Shown one piece after another: positions 1 to 12,149 of a stretch of DNA of 64,000 bases. The DNA comes from the human T2T-CHM13v2.0 reference genome, Homo sapiens. Position 1 is the first letter of the stretch. Each line of letters begins with the position of its first letter. A program made the translations under genes and the position numbers. Under the pieces are notes generated by a model. The model was not told where the DNA came from, searched no databases, and saw only the letters and a list, made by a program, of their open reading frames with translations. The stretch lies in the NCBI RefSeq assembly GCF_009914755.1, contig NC_060938.1. One strand, 5' to 3'.

Positions 1-1290
1 AACCAAATCAGAGCAGGGAAATAAAAGCAAAAGAAAATTTTAGACCAATTATATGTATTATGATCATAGAAAAAATTCTAAATATATTAGCAAACCAAAT
101 TTAGCAGATTATCATTTTAAATGCATCACAAAAAATAGAGTTTATCTCAGGAATTCGAAAGTGAGTCATAATCACCAAAGCTAGTAACCTAACACACAAT
201 ATTAATGGATTATCAGAGAAAATAGTAGCATCTCACTGGATGCAGAAGTCCACTTACTAATATTCATCTGCTATTCATGAAAATATTCTTAACAAACAAG
301 GAATTGAAGGAAACTTCAGTAACTTGATACAGGACACTGAAGAAACATATAGCAAACACTGTGCTTAATAAATAATATTTTAGAAATGTTCTTATTAAAA
401 CAGCGTCAATACAAGCATATTCTTTATCATTTCTTATCAACAAAAATGAGAAACTATAATTGGAAAGTCATTAACAAAACTAACTCTATCTGAAGACAAT
501 ATTATTATCTACATAGAAAATTCAAGAGAAACTATGGACGTCATATTAGAACTGTTCATATAGTTTAGCAAAGTTTTTGAATACAAGATGAAATCATCAA
601 AACTATTAGCCTTCCCATATGCCAGTAACAATAAAATAGAAAGTATAATAGAAAAATACATCTTGTTCACTATAGCAGCAAAATATATAAGGTATCTAAA
701 AATGACTTTAACAAAAGATGTAGAAGATCTTTATAAGAAGATATAAGGCAACATATAAGGGCACAAAAGAAGATGAAAATGGGAAGATATACTAACTATA
801 CAGATGAGAAGACTCAACACTATTAACATGTCTATTCATTCCAAATTTATCTATATATTCAATAGACTATCATTGCCCTACAACCTAAGACTTATTAGAA
901 GCAAAGAGGAAAAAGGCAGTATAGTATTCTTGCAAGGATAGACACACAGACAAATAACACAGAAGAGAAACTTCAGAAACAGACTCGCATGTAACACCAG
1001 ATACATGACAGAGGAGGAAATCCAAATGAGGAGAGAAATGAACAGTGCAGGGGAAATTGATTCTCCTTAAGGAAACGTCACATACAACTATGTTTCAAAA
1101 ACAATAAGATAAAATAAAACTAGTTTGTAAGAAATTATAAAAATAATTTTCATGAGAATTAAGGGCCTAAATGTAGGGGGAAAGAAAACCCTTAATAATG
1201 CCTTTTGAAGGCTATATAAGAATATATTCTTATGGCTTTGAGAAAGGAAAGAATTTCTTAAAAATCAGTGATAAAAAATGACAAATAATC
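1..1290 (+). mobile_element. Ancient, highly diverged L1 (L1M-type) ORF2 fragment, continuing beyond the window start
   Basis: Degenerate ORF2 RT-region words in collinear order (aaagaaaattttagaccaat, gatgcagaa, tttagcaaagtttttgaatacaagat); A-rich sense strand; no open frame. Confidence 0.8.
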
Positions 1291-1354
1291 AAGAAAACAA
1301 ATTTAAAATTTCATAAATATCTTTATCTCTTTAAAATTCAAAATCATAAAAATA

Positions 1355-3714
1355 TCCATTTTTCTATTGTAAATGGGATTGTGTTCTTAATTTGCCTCTC
1401 AGCTTGAATGATATTGATGTATTGAAATGCTACTGATTTTTGTACAATGATTTTGTATACTGAAACTTTTTTGCCCTTCCAATATTTACTGTAGATTCAA
1501 GTGATACATGTGGAGGTTTGTTACATAGCAAATTGTTTGTTGTGGGTGTTTGGCATACAGATAATTTTGTCACCCACATAATCAGCATAATGCCCAACGG
1601 GTAGTTTTTCAACTATCACCCTCCTCCCAACCTCTACCCTCAAATAGGCCCCAGTGTCTTTTGTTCCCTTCCTTTTGTCCATGTGTACTCGATATTTAGC
1701 TCCCACTTATAAGTGAGAACAACATGCAGTATTTGGTTTTCTGTTCCTGTGTTAATTCACTTAAATAATGACGTCCAACTCCATCCACGTGGCTGCAAAG
1801 GCCATGATCTCATTTTCTATAGCTATGTAGTATTCCATGATGTATATGCACCACATTTTCTTTATCCACATACTGAAACCTAACTGAAGTCATTTACCAG
1901 GTCTAGGAGAGTTTTAGTAGCACCTTTAGGGTTTTCTAGGTATGGAATCATATCATTACTGAAGAAAGATGGTTTGATTTATTTTCCTATTTGGATGCCT
2001 TTTATTTCTTTCTCTTGGCTGATTGTTCTGACTAGCATTCTAGTATGATGTCGTACAGGAGTAGTGACAGTGGGCATCCCTGTCTTTTTCCAGTTCTCCA
2101 GGGGAATGCTTCCAGCTTTTGCCCATTCAGTATGATGCTGTGGGTTTGTCGTAGATGGCTCTTATTATTTTGAGGTATGATCCTTCCATGCCTAGTGTGT
2201 TGAGAGTTTTTATCATGAAGGAACATTGGACTTTATCAAAAGCTCCCTCTGAATCTATTAAGATGATCACATAGATTTTCTTTTTAGTTCTGTTTATGTG
2301 GTGAATCACATTCATTAATTTGTGTATGTTGAGCCAACCTTGCATCCCAGGGACAAAGCCCTCTTGATCATGGTGAATTAATTTTTTGATATGCTGCTGG
2401 ATTCAGTTTACTACTATTTGCTTGAGGATTTTTGTGCTTATGTTCATCAGGGATATTGGCCTGTAGTATTCATTTTTCACTGTGTTTTTGACAGGTTTGG
2501 GTATCAGGGTCATGCTGGCTTTGTAGAAAGAATTAGGAAGGAGTCCTTCCTTGGTTTTTTGGGAATCATTTCAGTAGAATTGGTACCAGCTCTTCTCTGT
2601 ATATGTGATAGAATTCTGTTGTAAATCCACTGGGTCCAGGGCTTTTTTTGGCTGGTAGGTTTTTGATGAGTTATTCTATTTTAGAACCTTATATTGGTCT
2701 ATTCAAGGTTTCAATTTATTCCTGATTGAATATTGGGAGGTTGTGTGTTAATAAATTATCCATTTCCTCTAGATTTTATAGTTTGTGTACATAGAAGTGT
2801 TCATAGCAGTCTCTGAGAATATTTTTTATTTCTGTGGGATCAGTTGTAATGTCACCTTTGTAACTTCTGATTGTGCTTATTTGACATGATCATTCTCTCT
2901 CTCTCTTTCTCTCTCTCAGTTTTTTGTTTGGCTAGCATCTATCAATCTTGTTTATCCTTTCAAAGAATCAATTCTTGGTTTCATTTATGCTTTCTATGGA
3001 TTTTTGGGTCTCAATTTTGTTCAGTTCTGCTCTGATTATAGTTATTTCTTTTCTTCTGCTAGCTTTGGGGTTAGTTTGTTCTTGTTTTTCTAGTTCCTCT
3101 AAATGTAATGTTAGACTGCTAATTTGAGATATTTCTAACTTCTTCATGTAGGCATTTAGAGCCATAAACTTTCCTTTTAACACTGCTTTTGCTGTATCCT
3201 GAGATTTTCATATGTTATGTTTTTGTTTTCATTTACTTCAAATATTTTTTTTTATTTCTGCCTTATTTTTGTTGTTTACCCAAAAGTCATTCAGGATTAA
3301 GTTGTTTTATTTTCACATAGTTGTGTAGTTTTAAGAGGTCTTCTTGGTATTTATTTTTATTTTTATTCTACTGTGGTACAAAAGTATAAGTGATATGATT
3401 TTTATTTTTTAGAATCTACTGAAATGTACTTTTATGGAAGAGCATGTGGTTGATGTTAGAGTATATTCCACGTGCAGATGAGAAAAAAATACATATTCTG
3501 CAGTTGATGGTTGGAGCAGTCTATAAATGTATATTAGGTTCCTTGGTCAAATGTCTAATTGAAGCCCAGAATTTCTTTGTTAGTGTTCTGCCTCAGTGAT
3601 CTAATGCTGTTAGTAGAGTGTTGCAGTCCCATACCATAATTGCTTAGCTATCGTCTTGTATATGTAGAAGTACTTGCTTTATGAATCTGGGTGCTCTAAT
3701 ATTAGGTGTGTATA
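1355..3714 (-). mobile_element. Inverted 5' segment of an L1PA16-like element (ORF2 EN to RT), interrupted by a nested L1 at 1467-1869
   Basis: Minus-strand ORFs 2032-2226, 2127-2345 and 2968-3183 match L1 ORF2p (MQGWLNI..., GQKLEAFP...[16 protein letters not shown]). Confidence 0.9.
1467..1869 (-). mobile_element. Nested 5'-truncated L1 3' end (about L1PA13-16) with a 10-bp TSD
   Basis: L1 3'UTR and ORF2 end on the minus strand; direct repeat atactgaaac at 1457-1466 and 1870-1879; the host L1 resumes in register after it. Confidence 0.88.
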
Positions 3715-5275
3715 TCTACAGATTCAATGCTATTCCTATGAAACTACCAACATGATTTTTCACATAACTAGAAAAAAACTATTCTGAAGGTTATATGAAA
3801 CCAAAAAAGAGTCCGAATAGTCAAGCAATCCTATGTAAAAAGAACAAAGCCAGAATCATCACATTACTGACTTCAAACTATGCTATAGGGCTACAATAAC
3901 CAAAACAGCATCGTACTGACACAAAAATAGACACGCAGACCAATGGAACAGAATATAGAACTCAGAAATAAAGCCACACACCTACAACCATCTGGTCTTT
4001 GACAAAGTTGACAAAAATAAGAAATGATGAAAGGACTCCCTATTTAGTAAACGGTGCTTGGATAACTGGCTAATTACAGGCAGAAGAATGAACCTGGACC
4101 CCTACATTCACCATGTACAAAAATTAACTCAGGATGGATTAAAGATTTAAATGTAAGACCTCAAATTATAAAAATTCTAGAAGAAAACCTGGGAAACACC
4201 ATTCTGAACACTGGCCTAAGGAAAGAATTTATGACTACATGCGCAAAAGAAACTGCAACAAAAACAAAAATTGAACAAGTGGGACCTAATTAAACTAAAG
4301 AGCTGTGGCACAACAAAAGACACAGTCAACAGAGTAAACAGGCAACCCACAAAATGGAGAAAATACTTTCAAACTATGTGCCTCACAAAGGTCTAATACC
4401 CAGAATCTATAAGGAACTTAAACAACTCAACAATCAAAAAACAAACAACCCCATTAAAAAGCAGGCAAAGGACATGAACAGACACTTCTCAAAAGAAGAC
4501 ATATAAACATACGAAAAAGTGCTCATGTCACTAAACATCAGAGAAATGTAAATCAAAACCACAATAAGATACCATTTTACATCAGTCAAAATGGCTATTA
4601 TTAAAAGAACAGAAAAATAACAGATGCTAGCAAGGCTACAGAGAAAAGTAAATGCTATTACAATGTGCATAGAAATGTAAAGTAATTCGGCCACTTTGGA
4701 AAGCAGTTTGGAGATTTCTCAAAGAAATAAAAACAGAACTTCCATTCAACCCAGTAATCTCATTACTGGATAAATACCCAAAGGCATATAAATATTTTAC
4801 AAAAAAGACATATGCACTTGTATGTTCACTGCAGCACTATTCACAAAAGATATGAAATCGAACTAAGTGCCCATCAATGGTGGATTGTGTAAAGAAAATG
4901 TGGTATACACAGACTATGGAATACTACGCATCCATAAAAAAGAATGAAATCATGTTCTTTGCAGCAACATGGATACAGCTGGAGGCCATCATCCTAAGCA
5001 AATTAACACAGGAACAGAAAACCAAACGCCACATATTCTCTCCTAGAAGTAGGAGATGAATATTAGGTACGTAAACTTGGGAAAAAATAGACACTGGGGA
5101 CTACTGGGGTGAGAGAGCAGGAGATAGGCAAGGGCTGAAAAACTACCTGTTGGGTACTATGCTGACTACTGAGGGATAGGATCATTTATACCCCAAACCT
5201 CAGTGTCACACAAGATATCCATATAACAAACCTGCACATATATCCCTTAAATCTGAAAGTTGAAATTATAAATCA
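3715..5275 (+). mobile_element. Forward 3' segment of the same L1PA16-like element (ORF2 C-terminus and 3'UTR)
   Basis: Starts at ctacagattcaatgctattcc (YRFNAIP); ORF 4877-5059 is the ORF2p C-terminus; 3'UTR actacctgttgggtactatgctg...aaacctgcacat. Confidence 0.9.
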
Positions 5276-5329
5276 CAAAACAAAAAACTTGATTATTAGC
5301 ATACTTTAAACTCCAGACATTTTCCCCAT

Positions 5330-6988
5330 TTTCTGCTACAATACCAGGTCCTCCCTCTCAGCTAGGTCTTTCCCATCAAATAAACCAGCTCTTATTTCTC
5401 CCATCTTAAAAATATTTTAAACATCTATTTTTTCTATTTTCTTTTATGGCAAAATTCCTCAAAAGAGTTATTTATTATTGATGACCCAAATTTCTCTTGT
5501 ATTATTGTACTATTTATCTAATCTGTTGAAACAAATCACCCTGAACCACTCCACAAAAACCACTCTTGTAAAAGCCACCAATAATCTCCAAATTGTTCAA
5601 TTGAATGGTCAATTCTCTACCCCAATTTAACAGAGTTTGATGATCACTCTCTCCTCTTTGAAACATTGTTTTTATGTGGCTTCCAAACAATATATTCCCA
5701 TGGTTTTCCTTCTTGCTTACCACTTATTTCTTCCTGCTCTTTTTGTTGATCCTTCTATATCTCCTTGCCCTTTTAATGTTGGAGTGTTTCAGGGCTCAGT
5801 CATTGTCCTTTTTTCTCTTTTCCATGTTCACTGATCCAGATTCATGATTTTAAATACCATAGATATACTATCATTCTCAAATGCATATTTCATTTGAGCT
5901 TCAGAGTTACATATACAACTGCCTACTTGACACCTTTATATGGCTAACTAAAGGCATCTCAAATTTAGCATATGCAAACTAAACTCTTGATCTCCCAACA
6001 ATCTGATCTTCCCAGCATCTTCCCTACCTCTCCACTTCATTTTTCCCATTTGCTCAAGCCAAAATGCTAGTCTCCTCTTTCTGTCATAGTCCACATCAAA
6101 TTCCTCAGAAAATCTTATTAGTACATTTTCAATATATAGCTGAAATTTGGCCACTACTCTCTCCTCTATCGTACCATCTGGATCTAAGCCCTCATCATTC
6201 CCACCTACACTATTGAATAACCTCCTAATTTATATTCTTGCTTCTACCTTTGTCTCATCTATCCTTAAATAAGCAGCCAGAGTAATCTTGTTCAAAGACA
6301 GGATGATTTTGTTACTTCTTTGCTCAAAACACCACAATAACATTTCATCTCACTCAAAGGAGAAAAAAAAGAAACACATAATGACAATCGCCTAAAAAGT
6401 AAGTTTCAATTTCACCTGTAATTGTTTTCTTAAATGCTCATAATACTGTTATTTGAGATGTTTCACTACAGTAAATAAGACAAGGCCCCTATTCCTTCTC
6501 TGACTTCTTCTGTTATCATTTGTTTCTCATTTGCTCCTCTCCAATCACAATGGCTCTCCTGATACTCCTTGACCCTACCAAGAATGCAGTCTCCTTATGA
6601 CTTTCATGCTTACTGTTCTCTTTACCTGAAATGCTTTTCCCCCAGAGAGCCACACAACTTACCCTCTTGCCTCCTCCAGGTACATATATGAATATATTAC
6701 CTTCTCAGGAAGGCCTTACCTATTAGCTTCTTAAAAAGTTATAACACTTCCCTCCCTCTAGCATGCTCTAGCCTTCTTTCATGCTTCATTTTTCTCTGTA
6801 ACACATATCACTATCTAATACACCCTTTCGTTATTTCTATTTTATTTTCTATTGTCTCCCCTCCCACTGGAATGTAACCTCCAGAACGGGAGGGATTTTT
6901 GTCTGTCTTCTTACTGCTGTATCTCCAATACCTACTGCAGTGTATAGCACATTTCATATTCAATAAATATTTGTTGAATGAATGAATG
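5330..6988 (+). mobile_element. L2 (L2a-like) LINE fragment
   Basis: Pyrimidine-rich L2 body (ggcatctcaaatttagcatatgcaaactaaactcttga); typical 3' terminus caataaatatttgttgaatgaatgaatg. Confidence 0.85.
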
Positions 6989-6999
6989 CACAGGTAAAT

Positions 7000-7370
7000 A
7001 GCACAATTCTAACAGCAAAAAAATTGAAAATGATTTAAATGTCCTTTAACAGAAAAATGGATAAACTCAATGTAATCTAATAACACAATCTCAGAAATAT
7101 ATTGTTGGGGGTAGAAGGGAGGAATCTACATAAAGTGTGATATCAGTTATAAAGCTTAAAACCCTGCAAAATAATACTTGCTTCATTTACAGTTAAATAC
7201 ATATGCAACAATGGAACAAAATCACCTATGGGTAGAGTAAACATGAAATGCAGAGAGTTTTAACTCTGGGATAACAGAAAAATGGGATGATAAAACTAAA
7301 CAGGAGATTTTATTTATCAGTGAATTTTGAAATATGTATATACACTTCTAGTAATATTTGAAATATTTAA
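7000..7370 (+). mobile_element. Ancient L1M 3' fragment
   Basis: Degenerate taaatgtcctttaacagaaaaatggataaac and aatctcagaaatatattgttg motifs of old L1 3' ends. Confidence 0.55.
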
Positions 7371-7659
7371 CATTGAGTAATATGTCTCTTGTTTGCCTAA
7401 AACCTGCCTCTGCATGTTGTCAGTGTTTCTGAAATAGTGAATTGGAGATCTTGTGTGAAAAGGAGATTATTTGCAGATACAGCTATAGCATAAAATCCAG
7501 TCTATGACTTCACTCAATTCAGAAACTGAATTGATTGTACTTCAGCAGGTTGAGCATAAAACCACATGGAATGTGTTAAGGATTCTAAATTTTGCTTGCA
7601 GTATGACATTAATCAATCTCTAGTGATTCCTAGATCTTCACAGTTCCATAACCAACTCT

Positions 7660-7910
7660 GTATATATATATATATATACTTTAAGTTCTGGGATAAGTGC
7701 AGAACGTGCAGGTTTGTTACATAGGTATACACGTGCCATGGTGGCTTGCTGCACCCATCAACCCATCATCTATATTAGATATTTCTCCCAATGCTATCCC
7801 TCCCCTAGCCCCCAACCCCGACAGGCCCTGGTGTGTGATGTTCCCCTCCCTGTGTCCATGTGTTCTCATTGCTCAACTCCCACTTATCAGTGAGAACATG
7901 CGGTGTTTGG
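7660..7910 (-). mobile_element. Short 5'-truncated L1PA7/8-like 3' end with a 13-bp TSD; tail decayed to (TA)n
   Basis: tatactttaagttctgggata...gtgagaacatgcggtgtttgg; TSD cataaccaactct at 7647-7659 and 7911-7923. Confidence 0.92.
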
Positions 7911-8353
7911 CATAACCAACTCTTATCCTATCACCCACAGCCAGCTTGTGCTGTAATTTAGCATAAAACTTCCAGGTATTCCCACCACACACCCTACTGA
8001 GGGCTTAATCTGTTCTCAGCATGCAAATTTCCAAAGAAATAATCATTTTTTAAACACAAAACTATGATCTTATCACAAAATCTTGTAAATTCAGATTTTA
8101 ATCTAATTATTAGACATCCATAAAGTTGGATTACTCAAATTGTTTTATATTTGCTATAGAAATCATTAGAAAATGTCAAAGCTCCTGATTCTGGATAAAA
8201 TAGACTTGCTGTGTTTTAGGATCACCATCAGCTCTTCTTTTGCTATAAATTCCATCTAAAACATAATAGTGTATTTTCTTAAAACAGCTTGTCTTGAACT
8301 AACCTCCATATTCTACACAGGAAGCTCGCATTTATCTTTATAAGACACCATTC

Positions 8354-8661
8354 GGCCAGGCGCGGTGGCTTACGCCTATAATCCCAGCACTTTGGGAGGC
8401 TGAGGCGGGTGGATCACGAGGTCAGGAGATCGAGACCATCCTGGCTAACATGGTGAAACCACGTCTCTACTAAAAATAGAAAAAAATTAGCCAGGCGTGG
8501 TGGCGGGCACCTGTTGTCCCAGCTACTCGGGAGGCAGGAGAATGGCGTGAACCTGGGAGGCAGAGCTTGCAGTGAGCCGAGATCGCGCACTGCACTCCAG
8601 CCTGGGCGACTCAGAAAGACTCTGTCTCAAAACAAACAAATAAACAAACAAACAAACAAAA
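8354..8661 (+). mobile_element. AluY with a 12-bp TSD
   Basis: AluY diagnostics gagatcgagaccatcctggctaac, gaatggcgtgaacc, gagcttgcagtgag; (AAAC)n tail; TSD aagacaccattc at 8342-8353 and 8662-8673. Confidence 0.96.
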
Positions 8662-9775
8662 AAGACACCATTCACCCCACTCCTTTTAATAAGAGAAGCT
8701 ATGATGCTACAAATGAATTAATTCAGTATTTATTGGGAGGCAAACCTTTAAATCCATAAATATTTAATAGGCACAGGTATTATTTTGAATGAATGCTTTT
8801 CTACTTGCATAGATATAGGAAACTGTCATTCTAAATCAACACCCTCATCCCCACCCACCACCCTTCTTAGAGCATGGTCCTATGCTTAAATAATCTTTAT
8901 AATTACAGCAATAAGGACCTAGCCTGTTAATGGACAGTTCCTTATGGGAATGGTCCTCACCTCAATGAATGAAGAATAACTGTGGATTAATTGATATTAA
9001 AATGCCTAATTGAAATTAGTACTTACAAATTTGTTGTTCAAAGTTGTCAGTGATTTGACTGATTTCTATCAGCTCTTATTTCCACCTACCCTCTCCCAAA
9101 AGAATTCAATAGGTAGCCCCTCTGGCCCACCATCTGGCCTAAAATAAGAAATCTTGCCCTTTAATTGCATTTATATTGTAACCTAAAGGTGGAGAATCCA
9201 TATCAAAATAGGAAATGTCTTAACATAATGGACCCAACAAACTCATCTATTGCCTGTGTCAAATCCTGACACTAAGTTGACAGGTGGCTCATATATCTGA
9301 CTGGCTCTACTCTTCAGCTAGATGCAGAGATCACAGCTGCTATTACACATTTAGAAATGTGGATTTTAAAAAATAAAGAACGACTCACAGCTCCACATAT
9401 CACATATAATATTGCCACAGAACAACTGTTGACACAACTTGGTCCATCCTCTTTATGAGAGGACCTGAAAGAAGTCATTCCTTTTGGGGTTCTGGTCATC
9501 TACAGGGAACATGGTAAATATATTGTTATAATTTATAATTTAACGAATGAGTTGTATTACAGTAAAAATAATTTCACATTTACATTGTTGCTTTACTTTT
9601 ACTACTTGTCCCCTCCAAAAATATTATACATTGGTAGGAGGGTTGTGTTTGGGAGGGATTTTGAGATGAGCTCAGCATGCTTCCCAATGGTTTCTAGAAG
9701 CCAACTCCAAGAGACAGAGATCCCCAAATGGTGCTGATTACACAGACCTCTGCATTGCTGTTGAACAATTATTGA

Positions 9776-9838
9776 GTCTATGGCCATACCACCCTGGTCT
9801 ACGGCCATACCACCCTGAATGCGCCCGATCTCATCTGA
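9776..9838 (+). pseudogene. Tailless 5S rRNA retropseudogene: 5S nt 1-21 followed by 5S nt 1-42
   Basis: Matches the 5S 5' end GTCTACGGCCATACCACCCTGAACGCGCCCGATCTCGTCTGA with only CpG transitions; 14-bp direct repeat tgaacaattattga at 9762-9775 and 9836-9849; no poly(A). Confidence 0.93.
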
Positions 9839-9849
9839 ACAATTATTGA

Positions 9850-10390
9850 ACATTTACTGTTTATCAGATTAGTTTGCCAGACCTGGAAATACTGACATGA
9901 GTAAGATGCTGACGCTAGCCTCCAGGATGTCTACTCACACACATAGACAGACAAGCACAACACAAATAATAAAAAGCCTAAAATGACGCTGACAGAACCA
10001 AACTTCTCCCAGTCTCAGAAAGAATAGCTAATTCTGGCTAAGGCAATCAAAAAAAGCTTTTGGGAAGAGTTCACACGTAGAGTAAGTCATTAGGAACAAA
10101 TGAGAATGTGTAGCATGTGGATAGGATAGATAAGGGCACACCAAGCAAAGAACAGCACATACACAGAGGCACAGACATATGGACTAATGTGGAGAATCCA
10201 GGCAAAAGCATAGGATGGTTGTGGAATTTTATCCTGAAGGCAAGAGGATCCTTTCAAAAATTGTATGCAAGGAAGTGAACTGATCACACATGTGCTTCAG
10301 GAAGATCACTATGGCAGCAGCATGGAAAATGGATGAGGAGGGCCATAGGAGAAATGGGAAGGGAATTATGTGGCCAAAAACCTACAAACT
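9850..10390 (-). mobile_element. L2 fragment (target of the 5S insertion)
   Basis: Antisense L2 motifs attgaacatttactg and gaagatcactatggcagcagcatggaaaatgga. Confidence 0.65.
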
Positions 10391-10544
10391 GTATCAGCTG
10401 TCTGTCACATCAGGAAATGTGTCAGATCGATTTGGCACTAAATAGTACTTGGGTGACAAGACAGAAATATTTCAAATGTTGTTGGAATATCATTATAACT
10501 GTATTCCCTATGAAAATAATAATGAAATAATAATAAAATAATAA

Positions 10545-10740
10545 TTCACTACCATTTAGTATCTTTAATCCTCATAACTATTCTACAAGGTAGAGTTTAT
10601 ATTCCATTTTACAATCATGCCAACAAAATCAGAATAATTAAGTAAATTAATTCCAATAACATATCTACTAAATGGCAGAATCAAGATCTAAACCTGGGTT
10701 GTCTGGCTCCGAAACCCACACTCTTTTTATTGTACCATGA
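10545..10740 (-). mobile_element. MIR
   Basis: tttaatcctcataactattctacaaggtag...ccattttaca MIR core, antisense. Confidence 0.7.
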
Positions 10741-12149
10741 TTTGTCTTGGATTCTCCATCTCAAGGGTTTATCAATGAAGTCCCCCAAAAGATCATTAAA
10801 TAGTCATCTCTTAGAAAATATTCCAATAAGGTGAATATAGAAATTTCTCCATCATTGTATTTTCCCCTCATCCATGTATTCAAGATTAAAACATTTTTCA
10901 CAGAAAATGTACTAGAAGGAAACTGGCCACAATAGTGCTGATCCGGGCCACATAGGGTTATTTTCAAGGCTAAAACAACTTCTCAGAGAGAAATACTAAC
11001 ATTAAATTATGCTAAAAGTATTTTTGGCTCTTACTAAATGATGCATATAGAAAGGCTAGTTTAAAATAGTCACAGATTGGGGGTTGGGAGGGAGGAAAGG
11101 TACCTCACTGGCATGCCCTTGCTTAAATTGACTAATTAGTCATGCAAAATGCAACCTATATGCAATGGATGAGTTAACATTGCTATCACAACCTTCACTT
11201 TTCCATTATCTGACTTTTATGAGTTTAAATTTGCAGTCTTAAAGGTTGCGGTTGTGCCACTTTAGAATTTTTGCATTTAATTAAACATAGCAATAGAGAA
11301 AACTCACATTTTTCAAAACAAATGTTCATCAGCTTAAAACTAGCAATAAAAAAGATGACTCATCAATATTCTCAGAGGAAAGCTTTCAACTTGCCTCGCT
11401 ACCATACTATTCCTTTTTTTACAGCCAACATGAGTTCTGCCAAAAACACGTGGCTACATCTACAAAAGACATTACTGTATTTGTTTTTAAACTTTCCTAC
11501 ATGCTATTCTGTGACTGAGTGCAAAATCAAGTCTAGCTAGAATGTGTCATTTAAGCCTTTAATAGATGTAACTTTATTTTTTACTATTATTATAATAGGC
11601 CAAAGTAAATTCTATCTTAAAAATCCCAAGATTACAATATTTTCTATAATTTAAGCTATCTATCCTCAAATCACATGAAGTACACCAGATATCAATATCA
11701 AAACCCAATGAAACAAAAACATCTTTTTTCCTAAAATTGAGTGGTGAGAGTGATCCTCAGAGTATGTTAAAAACACTAAAAATTACATATATTGTAATGG
11801 CATCTTATGAAAGCATTTAAACCTATGAGGTAAGCTTTTGGTGGTCATTAAAGTGTCCACTTAACTGGAATGTAAATATTATGGTCTTAAATATTCTAGA
11901 GAATACATAGATCCTGTAGAGATATTGCTACAGAATCTTCCATTATTCAGTCAACAAATATTTATATGTTATCTTCTACAGCCAGCCCCTATACTAGGCT
12001 CCATCATCTAGGGAAGGGGGACACCGGCCTTGACAGACACATTTTCTTCTATTTGGAGGAGGAAGTTTGTCGGCTGAGAAAAAGGGCAACGGTGCTTAAG
12101 TATGTGTTTTGAAGAAGGTGACAAATGTTTGGAAAAAGGTGATGCGAAC

